From a virus (lineage: Duplodnaviria > Caudoviricetes), in the IMG/VR virus record IMGVR_UViG_3300035498_000956: DNA of 64,000 nucleotides; one strand, 5' to 3'. Position 1 is the first letter of the stretch. The number at the start of each line of letters is the position of its first letter. The position numbers and the translations under genes were made by a program. Positions 1 through 11,208 of this stretch are shown one piece after another. Under the pieces are notes generated by a model. The model was not told the DNA's origin. It did no database searches and was given only the letters and a program-made list of their open reading frames with translations.

Positions 1-588
1 TATTCAATGGTAAGCCATATTGATGGTAATAAGTATAATAATAATGTTGATAATCTTCAATGGTGTGAAGAACCAATAAAAAAGAATAAAATTAATGCAG
101 TGACTAAAGTTAGTGTTGATAATGTAGAATGGAGACCTCTTAAAGGATTTGAAGGTATATATGAAATTTCTAATAATGGTGTTATAAAAAATTGTGTAAC
201 TAAAAAATTATCTTATGGCACAAAGCGTAATGGATATGTCCGTTTTAATTTACAAGACAAAATGTTTTCTGCACATAGATTAGTTTGGGAAACTTTTAAA
301 GGTGAAATTCCTAAAGATTATGTAATTGATCATATAGATGGTAATCGTTCAAATAATGATTTGAGCAATTTAAGATGTATTACTAATTCAGAAAATATGA
401 TAAATGCTCAAAAGAATGGTCATAAAGGTCAGCATAAAGTTGCTCAATATGACAAAAACCATAATTTAATAAAAGAATGGCCAAGTTTTACTACCGCCGC
501 AAAAGAATATGGTGTCACTTATGCTGCTATTAGTAGTGCAGCTAAGCGACATGGAATGAGTTGCGGATTTTATTGGGAAGAAATATAA
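1..588 (+). CDS. Intron-encoded HNH homing endonuclease (5' partial; HNH-NUMOD4-HNH-NUMOD1 architecture)
   Basis: HIDGNKYNNNVDNLQW; NUMOD4 WRPLKGFEGIYEISNNG; HRLVWETF...DHIDGNRSNNDLSNLRC; C-terminal NUMOD1-like VAQYDKNHNLIKEWPSFTTAAKEYG. Frame is open to the window edge. Confidence 0.9.
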   Translation, partial: YSMVSHIDGNKYNNNVDNLQWCEEPIKKNKINAVTKVSVDNVEWRPLKGFEGIYEISNNGVIKNCVTKKLSYGTKRNGYVRFNLQDKMFSAHRLVWETFKGEIPKDYVIDHIDGNRSNNDLSNLRCITNSENMINAQKNGHKGQHKVAQYDKNHNLIKEWPSFTTAAKEYGVTYAAISSAAKRHGMSCGFYWEEI

Positions 589-908
589 TTCTTCCCTACC
601 AACCCTTGAAAATCATTGGATTGCTGGAAGGTCCTTAAATCTTTATTACCAAACGAAATTAGTAATAATTTCGCGGCTGATTGTAGATAAGGTATGGTGA
701 TAATATAAAGATTTGGAAAATCAGCAGCTAAGTTTCCTATTGATTTTAGGAAAAAAGTTCAACGACTAACAGTCGGTCAAGGACTGTGTAGGATCAAGTG
801 ATCCGAAGTAGTGATACCTTTATGGTTTGATATAGTCTCAACTTCTATAGAGATATAGAGTAGTATAAACTAGTTTAAAAAGTAACGTTTTTAAAAATAA
901 GAAAATTG
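1..908 (+). mobile_element. Group I intron 1 in tape measure gene (5' end outside window)
   Basis: P TTGCTGGAAG, Q AATCAGCAGC, R GTTCAACGACTA and S GATATAGTC (P7 GACTA 764-768 / TAGTC 833-837). Terminal G908 precedes the exon TTG GAT ACA (LDT). Confidence 0.85.
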
Positions 909-1192
909 TTGGATACAAATGAAGCGTTAAGTTTGACAACCAATACCATGAAATTGGCTACTTTATCTGGTAGTGATTTTAGTACAGCAACAGAACAAAT
1001 GACAGCGGCACTTCGTGGATTTAATATGGAAATGGATGAAGGCTCAAGAGTAACAGACGTTTATTCATCTCTAGCTGCAAGCGCAGCGGCAGACGTTGAT
1101 GGTATAGCATACGCTATGAGTAAAACAGCGTCAATTGCTGCGAATGCAGGTATGGACTTTGAAACTACGTCTGCTTTTATTACTCAAATGAT
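909..1192 (+). CDS. Tape measure protein, internal exon
   Basis: TP901-type TMP core sequence LDTNEALSLTTNTMKLATLSG...TAALRGFNMEM...AMSKTASIAANAGMDFETTSAFITQMI. Ends at U1192. Confidence 0.85.
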
Positions 1193-1478
1193 TAACGTGA
1201 CTTAAGTCACAAAAGTCCCTTATAATAGTAATATTATATTGAACCGTGAATATGCGGGAAAGCCCTTAGAGCTTTACTTACTAAGTATTTTATAATATGG
1301 TGAGAGTAATGACCTCAGTATAGTAACAATAGTAAAGATTGGGTAATCCGCAGGGATTGGAATATTTAATTTCAAGCCCTCAACGACTACCAAGCGGTAT
1401 CCAAGTAATAATGGATAATGGTATAGTCTACTCCGACCTTATAGGTGTTAAAGTATCTTGAAAAAGACGGTAGAAAGG
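1193..1478 (+). mobile_element. Group I intron 2 in tape measure gene (ORF-less, 286 nt)
   Basis: Begins TAA after exon U; P ATGCGGGAAA, Q AATCCGCAGG, R CTCAACGACTA, S GGTATAGTC; ends G1478. Removal gives ATG AT|A GAA ACA (MIET). Confidence 0.88.
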
Positions 1479-1508
1479 AGAAACAACTCAAGAAGCGCCT
1501 GAAAACAT
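1479..1508 (+). CDS. Tape measure protein 30-nt micro-exon
   Basis: Encodes (I)ETTQEAPEN(I), bridging ...TQMI to GTAMKTIIARF in frame. Confidence 0.85.
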
Positions 1509-2409
1509 CAAGTACGGTGTCCTTGCAGCATAATACATAAACTGCATTGAATAACTCTTTCTAATTGACTTGGACATCCAGCAGTGGATAACAGGGCGGA
1601 AGCTCATCGAGATTGCTCGAATAAGCACCGTGAACGACTGAGTGAAAGAGGCCCATGTCAATGGGCGTGCGACAGTCTCAACTTTAGTATAACAAAAAGA
1701 AGCTAAAGGCACTATATGTGCAGAATTATAAATTTAATAAGTTTAATATTTAAAGGAGAATTAAATATGATTTATGAACGCAATTCAAATGTTTTTGAGA
1801 AGATTGATTCAGAAGAAAAAGCTTATTGGCTAGGTTTTTTATACGCTGACGGATATGTTGATCCAGAACGAGGTGAATTAATTCTAGGATTGGCAGACAA
1901 AGATAAAGAACATATAGTAAAATTTCAAAACTTTTTAGAAACAAATGCACCATATAAAGATAAAATTAATAATCAAAATAAACCTTATCGTTTTTTTAGG
2001 TTATATGATCAAAAAATCTGTTTAGATTTAGAAAAACAAGGTTTATACAGAAAAAAATCGTTAACTTTAACACCTCAAATGCAAATGTCAAATGAGTTAT
2101 TAATTCATTGGAGCAGAGGATTATTTGATGGCGATGGTAGTATTTATCCACAAAAAAATAGTGTTAATTCAATTAGATATCGAATTAATTTGGTTGGAAC
2201 AGAAGATATATTAAATTATGTAATGAATTTATGGCAAATTAATAAGAAATTAGATAGAAATAGAAGTGTTCCAAAATTTGTAGTAAGTGGAAAACGAGAA
2301 GTAAATAAAATTTTACATATGTTATATGATGATGCTTCTATCTATTTAGATAGAAAATATCAATTGGCGAAAAAAGCTATAGAGCAAAATTTATAATTTG
2401 AAGATATTG
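1509..2409 (+). mobile_element. Group I intron 3 in tape measure gene, carrying LAGLIDADG endonuclease
   Basis: P1 ACAU|C pairs with GGUGU (U-G at the splice site); P7 GACTG 1636-1640 / CAGTC 1673-1677; ends G2409. Removal gives AT|C GGT ACA GCA ATG (IGTAM). Confidence 0.88.
1767..2396 (+). CDS. Intron-encoded LAGLIDADG homing endonuclease (two motifs)
   Basis: YWLGFLYADGYV and WSRGLFDGDGSI motifs, C-terminal LYDDASIYLDRK; AAGGAG RBS before ATG 1767. Confidence 0.9.
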   Translation: MIYERNSNVFEKIDSEEKAYWLGFLYADGYVDPERGELILGLADKDKEHIVKFQNFLETNAPYKDKINNQNKPYRFFRLYDQKICLDLEKQGLYRKKSLTLTPQMQMSNELLIHWSRGLFDGDGSIYPQKNSVNSIRYRINLVGTEDILNYVMNLWQINKKLDRNRSVPKFVVSGKREVNKILHMLYDDASIYLDRKYQLAKKAIEQNL

Positions 2410-5400
2410 CGGTACAGCAATGAAAACCATCATTGCAAGATTTACAGAATTAAAAGAAAATGTATCTGCAGCAGATAGTGAATTTGATGATCTTGATTAT
2501 AATGATGTAGATACAGCATTAAAGTCTGTTGGTATTTCAATTAAAGATGCTAGTGGTCAATTTAGAGATCTAGATGATGTCTTTCTTGAATTGGCAGAAA
2601 AATGGGATACACTTGATAGAAATACTCAACGTTATATCGCAACTACCGCGGCGGGTAGTAGGCAACAGTCGAGATTTATTGCAATGATGAGTGATTATGA
2701 TAGAACACTTGAATTACAAGCAACAGCTTATGAGTCAACTGGACAATCAACTGTACAATTTAATAAATATCAAGATACTGTTCAATATAAAATTGAACAA
2801 ATTCAAAATACTTGGGAGCAATTAAGAGTTTCGTTATTGGATCAGGATGTTTATAAAGATGCTTTAGATTTAGGTAATAAATTATTAAGTGGGATTAAAA
2901 AAGATATTAGTATAAAAGATTTGGCATTTATTGCTGTAATCGGCTTAACAGTTGGTAAAAACTTTGTTTCTCAATTTATTAATGGCATGAAAACAAATAT
3001 TGGAACTGTAGCAGATGTTTTTAACAAACAGGTTACTCCTGCATTTAAAACAGCTGCAAGTACAGCTGGTAATTCTATTAATACAGGAATAGCGACAGTT
3101 TTAAGCAAAAGTAAGATAGGAACAAAAGTTAGTAGTTTAATTTTTTCTGATAATGCAAAAAAACAATTAGAGCAAAATCTTCAACAAGCAACAAGCGCAT
3201 TTAATCAACAAATGGAAAAAATTAATACTCAATTTTTAGAATTAACTAATAGACAAAAGAATCTTTTTTCTTTAGCTGATCAGCCTATTTCTGCTCAAGC
3301 ATTAACTGATTTTTATACTAAATTACAACAAGTTGGTTCTGTTACGGAATTAACAGAAACAGAAGTAAATGAATTATATAAAAAAATGGGTGGAACTGAA
3401 GAACTTACTGCTGGCACTGCAGCATATGATCAGTTCGTTGCAAAATTACAACAAATGGGAGTAGTTCTTCAGCAAGATATAACTAATGAGGAAAATACGA
3501 CTACAGCTTTACGACAATATATTCAAGCAGTCAGAGAAGGGTCAGCATCTAGTCAACAATTACAGCAAGCAACTCAAAATTTAAGTAATTCTTTTGGTGC
3601 TCTTGGTCCAGTAGTTAATAGTGCAGCAAGTGCAATAAAAGGTGCATTTAAATCTTCAATAGGATCTGCAATTACTAGTGGAATTATTACTGCTATTTCT
3701 ACAGGAGATTTTTCAACTGCTTTAAAGACAACTGGTTTAACTTTAGTAACAGGCATGATTTCTCAATTAGTTCCTCAATTTATATCTTTTTTAGGAAAGC
3801 AACTCGCCGCGTTTATCCCTACACTTATTCCTATATTATCAAATCCAGCCGCTCTAGCTGCTATAGCAATAGGAACAGTTGTAGTTGTTGGCTTAGGTGC
3901 ACTAATTTATAATTATTATAAGAAAAACAATGTATGGACTTCTTTATCTGAGAGCTTAGATGCAGAGATTTCAACTATGAAAAAAAATCTTGAAGATTTA
4001 AAAGAAGCTGCCGAAACTACTACATCTACAGCAAAAGCAGATCAACAAGCAGTTTCAACAATGGAGAGTGTAAAAAAAGAATGGGATGAATTAAATAATA
4101 AAATTAGTTTAACTGAGGATGAACAAGAAAGATACAATGAGTTAGTTGAAACAATAAATGATGAATATTCAGATACAGTTGCATATTATGATGAAATGAA
4201 TAATAAATTAATTATTAGTGAAGATTTGTGGAATCAGCAATTAGAAGATGCAAAAGAAATTGCGGAATTATCTCAAGCAATAGCTCTTGGCACTCAGAGT
4301 AATGTAAATGCAGAAGAATATGAACTTGAAAAAACAAAAAATCAAAAAGCTAAACTTCAATTAGAAGGCGGTTTTTATACTAAGACTAATGAGAATGGAG
4401 ATACTACATACACTACAGATATTTATGAGACAGGTACTTCTGCTGATTTTTCAGCTTTACAAGATGTTATCAATCAAGGATTAACAGATTATGATAGTAT
4501 TAGTCAAGCAATAAATGATAATTATTCGACCGCCATTGCCTCAGGTCGTATAGCAGCAGATGATAATAAAGCTGATGAAATTAATCAAATGTTAAAATTA
4601 TTTGACGATTATTATAAAGAGCATGGTACACAAGGAGAAGTTGATCTTTCTTATGTGCTGCAACAAATTTTAGATAATAATCAAGATGCGTTAGAATTTT
4701 ATCAACAAATATTAGACGAGCAAGAGGGAATTGATGACATTATTAATGAAGCAGATGAAGCGTCTAACCAACGATATATAGAATCACAACGTCAAAATTA
4801 TCAAAGTAATATTACTGCAACAGTAGGAGCAACGCAAGCTAGTATGGTAACAAATACTGATGCAGCTGATGAGCTTATTGAATTACAACGTTTATTACTT
4901 GAAGATGATCAAGAGGCAATAGAAAAAACTAGTCAATATATTAATGAAGAATTTAAATCATTAACCAATTTAGATCCAGCAGCACTCTCTGAAGGCTCAG
5001 ATTTTATGTCATCATTAATAAATGCAGAAGATTTTTCGAGTGCGGCCGAAGCTGTAAACTTATCCGAAGAAACATTATCAGCAATCACAGGCTTAACTGC
5101 AGATACATTTGTTAACATGAGAGGAGATGCAGAACATTTAGCAAAACTTATTAGAGATAATACATTTACTCAGTATATTGAAAATGATATGCAAACTGCA
5201 GCAGAAGAAATTCCAGAGCAATTAGTTGATAGCTTTGCTGAAGTAAGTGAAAATATAAGCACAATGTCTCTTGATGAATACCAGCAAAGTATTCAAAAGT
5301 TAGAAGGTCAATATGGAGATGCTTATAAAGACAATATTGAATCTGCAGCTACTGTTGATTATGAACAATATGCAAATATGTTTTTAACACAGAATGAAGG

Positions 5401-8400
5401 CGGACAAATTACTGGAGGATTTTTCTCTAATCTATTTACGTCAGAAGATGCAGCAACTGCTTTTACTGATGCAATAAAAAATGGAGATTTTGAAGCTGCT
5501 GGAGATGCTCTTAGAGATCAAGGCCAGGGTATGTGGGCGGATCTTTTTACTCAAATTGATCCTACAACTATCTCAACAATGTCCAATTTTATTGCTAATA
5601 ATGTTACTGGAGATGAAGCTCAAGCACAAGCCAAAGAAAAACTTCAAACAATGTTGACTAATATATTAAATGACGAGGATAGTGTATTATCAGAAAATGA
5701 ATTAGATTTGATATTAAATGCAAATGTTAACTGGGACGAAGTGAATCCTTTAAATGTAGAAGAAACAATGGAAGACTTGGCCGAACAGCTAATGACAGAT
5801 TCAAGTGGTGCTCTTAGTTTTAATGAAGCTTTAGAAAAAGTTAAATCAGTGTTTGGAGATATTAATGATTTAGTAGGTTCATTTGAATATGGATCAGCAA
5901 CTGCTTTTAATACATTAATCACATCAGCAAAAGAAGCAGGAGAAACAATGGTTACTCAAGCTGATACAATTACTTCAATAATGGATGAGATTGATACGTC
6001 TATTGGCTTAACTAGAGAACAATTAAACACTCTCGATGAAGCTGGATTAAGTGATGTGTATGAATTAGATATTGATACTGGTAAATTTGAAATTAAAATG
6101 GAGAAAGTGCAAAATCTATTTTCAGAAACAATTGCAACAAATGAAGAAGCATTGAAAAAAGAATTAGGAACTGAACAAGAACGTTTAAATACTGTAACAT
6201 CTCAAATTCAAGAATTAGATAATAAAATAGCAAATTATAAAAAATTAGGTATGGATACTACTGAATTAGAAGAAGAAAAAACTGAGTTACTAAAAGAACA
6301 ATCGACTTTAACAGATCAAATTGCAGAACGAACAGAAGAGGCAGAAAAAGAAATCTCATTAGAATTTCAAAATCAAGTTTCACTACTTGAAGCAATAAAA
6401 GAAACAATTCAAGAGGCACAAGATGCAGTAGATGAAGCGGAAAAAACTTTAAAAGAAAAACAAGAAGCATATGATGAAGCAAAAGAAGCAGCAGACAATG
6501 CAGCAGCAGTACGAGAAAAAGCTATTGCTGATGCATATGAAGAAGAAGCTAAAACGATTAAAGAAGCAGAAGAAGCTGCAGAGAGTGCTTTAAAATCATT
6601 ACAAGATGCGTATGATACTTTAGCAGATGCCCAAGAAAAACTTGCAGAAGCTCAAGAAGATTTATATGAAGCAATTCATGGTTCTGCTGATTGGGATAGC
6701 GGCCTTGAACGATTAGATTCAGCAAATCAAATGTTAACTGGATTAAATACTCGTTTAAAAACCTTAAAATCAAATATGGAAGATGCTTCAGATTTGGATA
6801 GTATGGTTTCTAGTACAGAAGCCTATATTGCGGCACAAAAAGAAAAAATGAATTTACTTGAAGCAGAAAAACAATCTACACAACAAAGTTTAGATAATAT
6901 GTTATCTGACCTTTATAGTAATGACGCATATGCCAATGTTCGTGATTCAGTTCAATTCACTGTTGATGGACGAATGATGCTTGACACCAGTGCTCTTGAA
7001 AATGCAGATGCAAGTGATGCTATTAAAGATGCATTAGTAAAATTACAAGCAGAATATAATAAAGAAGTAGACTCAATGGCAACTGCAACTGAAGAAATGG
7101 AAGCTCTTGAAGATGAATGGGAGAACTATTATACAACAGCATTAAAAAATTATATATCAACTCAAGATAAAGTAGTTAAAATTTTAAAAGAAAATGCTCA
7201 AGCAGAGATAGATGCAGTACAAGATAAATATGATAATTTAAAAGAGGCAGATGATGATTATATCAGTGCTCTACAGGATGCAATTCAGAAACAACGTGAT
7301 TTAAGAGATCAAGCAAGTCAATATGAAGAATTAGCAACAAAAGAAAAGAAATTATCTTTAATGTCAAGAGATACCTCTGGAGCTAATCAAAAAGAAGTTG
7401 CAACACTTGAGGATGAAGTTGAAAACACTCGTCAATCATTACTTGATAAAGAAGTTGATAATTTAATTTCCTCTATGCAAGAAATGTATGAAACTCAACA
7501 AAAGGCAAGAGAAGAAGAAATTGAATATTTAAACGCTTTGATGGAAACTACTGATTGGTGGATTCAAGCTAATGAAATTATTCAGGGATGGACAGATTCT
7601 GCTGATGCTGTTGAATGGTTTATGAGCAATGATTCATCTGTTCAAGACATGAGTACTGAAGCTCAAGTTCAATATGCACAAGAAGCTGAAACTGATTATA
7701 CAAATGCTATTAGTCTTGAAGCTGTTCAACAAGTATTAGCTGATGTTGGAGGTAGCATTACAGATGCAATTCAAGCAGATGTGGATAGTGTTAATGAAAT
7801 ACTTACAACATTAAATATTAGTACTGAAGTAGGAAACCAAGTGCTAGAAGCTGGTGTAGTTGCTAGAGATGAGGCTATAGAAACAGCTCAAACAGCTATT
7901 GAATCTGCACAAGAAACAGTTACTAATGCTGAAGAAAATTTAGTAAAAATGCAAACTGCTTATCAAGAAGCTTTGGATGACGTGACTACAAAAACACAAG
8001 AAGCTGCAGAAACTAGAGCACAAGCAGTTAAAGATGCTTATGATACAGAGTCGACTACTTTAGAAGCATTAACCACTGCAGAACAAGATTTGTCAACAGC
8101 TCAAGCAGATCTTGATACTGCTACTCAAAATTTAGATGAAGCATTGAAAGGATTAGGTACAGATGCTGCGACTGTAATATCTGGTATTGATGAACAAATT
8201 CGTCAATTACAGAACAATTGTGTGCAGTATATACAAGATTTAGAAAATCAAAGGATGTCCGAAGCTTCAGAACGATATTACGTTAGTGTTAATGGAAAAG
8301 ATGATTTGGAAAGCCTACATAGTTTAGAAGCTTCTGGTACTCCTCTTAGTAATGAAAACTGGTTTACTAGTGAGCAAGAGGCACAAGATTTTATCAATTC

Positions 8401-8818
8401 TAATGCACAGTATTTAAGTTCTCAAGGAAAAAATCTTTCTGTAAAACATTACGCATCAGGTGGTATGGTAGACTTTACTGGTCCAGCTTGGGTAGATGGT
8501 ACAAAATCAGAACCAGAAGCATTCTTAGACCCAGAAGATACAAGTAACATCGCAGCATTAGCTCAAGCACTACGTTCAATGAATCTTTCAACTCCACTAG
8601 TTAACCAAACAGAATCTCCTATATCCAACATTTCCTCAACTCTCAATAACGTAACCAATAACTCCAACACATCATATACAGGAGGAACTGTTAGTATCAA
8701 TCTTAACATAGAATCAATTTCAAGTGATTACGATGTAGAATCAATGTTAGACTTAATGGAAGAACGTATTAACGAAGCATCTAATCCAATTGGATCTTCT
8801 GTTATCCTTCGTAAATAA
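2410..8818 (+). CDS. Tail tape measure protein, main exon (spliced product within window 2240 aa)
   Basis: GISIKDASGQFRDLDDVFLELAEKW and AAGSRQQSRFIAMM TMP motifs, hydrophobic central segment, long acidic coiled coils, C-terminal YASGGMVDFTGPAWVDGT; followed by Dit and Tal genes. Confidence 0.92.
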
Positions 8819-8831
8819 AATATAACTTAAC

Positions 8832-8867
8832 TGAGTGAAGATTTATCTAAAATCTTCGCTCATTTTT
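8832..8867 (+). terminator. Intrinsic terminator after TMP
   Basis: TGAGTGAAGATTT / AAATCTTCGCTCA stem followed by TTTTT. Confidence 0.65.
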
Positions 8868-8881
8868 GGAGGTGGAAATAA

Positions 8882-11197
8882 ATGGCAGATTTCATTCATT
8901 TTCGTTTTGGAAACTACCATTCAAAAGATTTAAACTTAATCGTAACAAGCTCAAGCAATTTCTATTCTCAAGATTTATTACCATCAAATACTGATACAAC
9001 AACTGATATTAGCGGCAGTAATGGTAAGTATTATTTTGGCTCTATTTTTAGTACAAGAGAATTTACTTTAAATCTTGCGTTTGATAGTATTACCGAAGAT
9101 AATTTACGATTAATCTCTCAAATTTTTGGAAATGATAAACCACAAGATTTAGTTTTTGATGAACGTCCTTATAAAACTTATAAAGCAAAAATTAAATCTA
9201 AACCAACTTTTAAATATGTTTGCTTTTTAAATCAAGATGGAGAAAGAGTCTATAAAGGTACTGGCACACTCAATATGATTTGCTATTCTCCATTTGCTTA
9301 TTGTTTTAATAAATACATAGTAAGATCAGCAGATTATTACATTCATACTCCGCCAGAAAAAGCAATTAAAGAATGGTACAATACTGAAATTAATATTCAA
9401 CCATGGTACGGCGGCTATCCAACATATGATCAAGTGAAAAAAGGAGAACTCTATTTCAATACTCCTTCTGGTACTAGATCAATTATTGACGTAAGACGTT
9501 ATTGGGATAACATACCAGAATGGGCGCACAGCAGTAGATTATTAACTACTCCTACTCTTGATTATGATCAGGAATTAATGTATGCTCCTCAATGTTCAAA
9601 GGTTGGATATTTAAATTTAGATAAAGGCTTTGATAAAACAATAGACACAAATTTATTAACCAATCGCCTTTTTGTATATAATCCTGGTGATTTACCTATT
9701 GATTTTGAATTAAATTTCAACAATCCTGGCCTATCTACATTTTTTCAAAAACATAAAGATGCAAATGGGCATAAACGTTTTAGAATTAGGCGTTTAAATG
9801 TTCAGCGTTTAGGTCTAGCAGATGCAGTTAATTGGTGTGGATTGACAACTCAAGATTTAAATGATAATGTGACTTATAAATATGATAATAAGTATTTTAA
9901 ACGTGTTGGAGATATAGATGGAAGCAGTATTGACAGATTGGTTAGTAATAATGAAATTAAATCTTTGTCTGTTGATGATTTACAAGATACAGTTGCGGAA
10001 ATGTTATCTGGACATGAATCTTTTGATGATTTAGGACCTTGTCATCCTAAACATTGTTATATGATTGAACCAATTCCAAGAGAAAAATTAGGAGATTATA
10101 TTAGAACTTTTTGTTATCAAACCGCAAAATCTAATACAGGTTTTACTAATCAATTAAATGAATTATCAGCCGCGGCGGATCGATATGAAGAATTGTATGA
10201 TTTGTGTATAACAGAACAAGAAAAATTTCAGTTATATTGGGAAACTTTAATTAATACCGTACTTAAATTCTATGGCAATACTAGCTTTTTTAAGAGTAGC
10301 ACTCAACAATCAATGTACACTAACTATACTATTGATAGTTTCATTAATGATTATCTATTTGATCCACCAGAATATTTAGTTGATTCAGAGGATGCTGCAT
10401 ATGGTCAATTTATTTTTAATTATAATAATCTTCCTCAATACTACACTGGAGATTATCTTGAAATTGATATAACCGATTTGTCAATAGATGAAGGAGGAAA
10501 TGCTTCAGACCTACCAGAGCAACTAATACTTGACACGGAAAACAGAATGTTGTATAATATAATAGAAGATAATACCAATACTTATTATGGTACAAAATCT
10601 AAAAACATTCTCAATGATTATATAACTAAAGGTCACTGGTTTCAACTACCTCCTGGCTGGAGCGTAATTGAAATTATTCCAGTATTAGATCAAGATATTA
10701 CAGATGATAAAACATGGAAAGCTGCACGAGAGTATTATTGGGGTTATAATAACAATAGTACAGAATATGATGCAGATCTTATGCGCGCGTACTATAATTG
10801 CGTATATGATTTAGCAAAAGATAATTTTCTTACTTATGCAAAATGGAATTTAGGATTAACATCTAATGATTATTCTAATCAAGAATTAATTCGTCACTGG
10901 TTAGCTGGATGGGAGGAATATAATGAAAAGAATGAAGATAATAAAAATTTTGTAGAATCATTATATACACAAAAGCTCCATAGTTTAGAAGTTCAATTCC
11001 TAAAAACGATTCAATCCTATTGGTCAATGTTAACTGGTCAATCAACAGGAAAAGGTGACAATAAACTTTCTGGTACAATCAGTGAATGGTTTCAATATGC
11101 AGAAAACTATATTTGGGAATTATTCCCACCTACATATTGGGGATATAATCAATTTTTAGACGGCGCAACAATTAAATATACACCATTATATTATTAA
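8882..11197 (+). CDS. Distal tail protein (Dit), evolved type with insertions
   Basis: Directly after TMP; N-terminal FRFGNYHSKDLNL...GKYYFGS...REFTLNLAFD...LVFDERPYKTY...CYSPFAY; VYNPGDLPIDF; ends KYTPLYY. Confidence 0.75.
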   Translation: MADFIHFRFGNYHSKDLNLIVTSSSNFYSQDLLPSNTDTTTDISGSNGKYYFGSIFSTREFTLNLAFDSITEDNLRLISQIFGNDKPQDLVFDERPYKTYKAKIKSKPTFKYVCFLNQDGERVYKGTGTLNMICYSPFAYCFNKYIVRSADYYIHTPPEKAIKEWYNTEINIQPWYGGYPTYDQVKKGELYFNTPSGTRSIIDVRRYWDNIPEWAHSSRLLTTPTLDYDQELMYAPQCSKVGYLNLDKGFDKTIDTNLLTNRLFVYNPGDLPIDFELNFNNPGLSTFFQKHKDANGHKRFRIRRLNVQRLGLADAVNWCGLTTQDLNDNVTYKYDNKYFKRVGDIDGSSIDRLVSNNEIKSLSVDDLQDTVAEMLSGHESFDDLGPCHPKHCYMIEPIPREKLGDYIRTFCYQTAKSNTGFTNQLNELSAAADRYEELYDLCITEQEKFQLYWETLINTVLKFYGNTSFFKSSTQQSMYTNYTIDSFINDYLFDPPEYLVDSEDAAYGQFIFNYNNLPQYYTGDYLEIDITDLSIDEGGNASDLPEQLILDTENRMLYNIIEDNTNTYYGTKSKNILNDYITKGHWFQLPPGWSVIEIIPVLDQDITDDKTWKAAREYYWGYNNNSTEYDADLMRAYYNCVYDLAKDNFLTYAKWNLGLTSNDYSNQELIRHWLAGWEEYNEKNEDNKNFVESLYTQKLHSLEVQFLKTIQSYWSMLTGQSTGKGDNKLSGTISEWFQYAENYIWELFPPTYWGYNQFLDGATIKYTPLYY

Positions 11198-11208
11198 GAG
11201 GTGATAAA

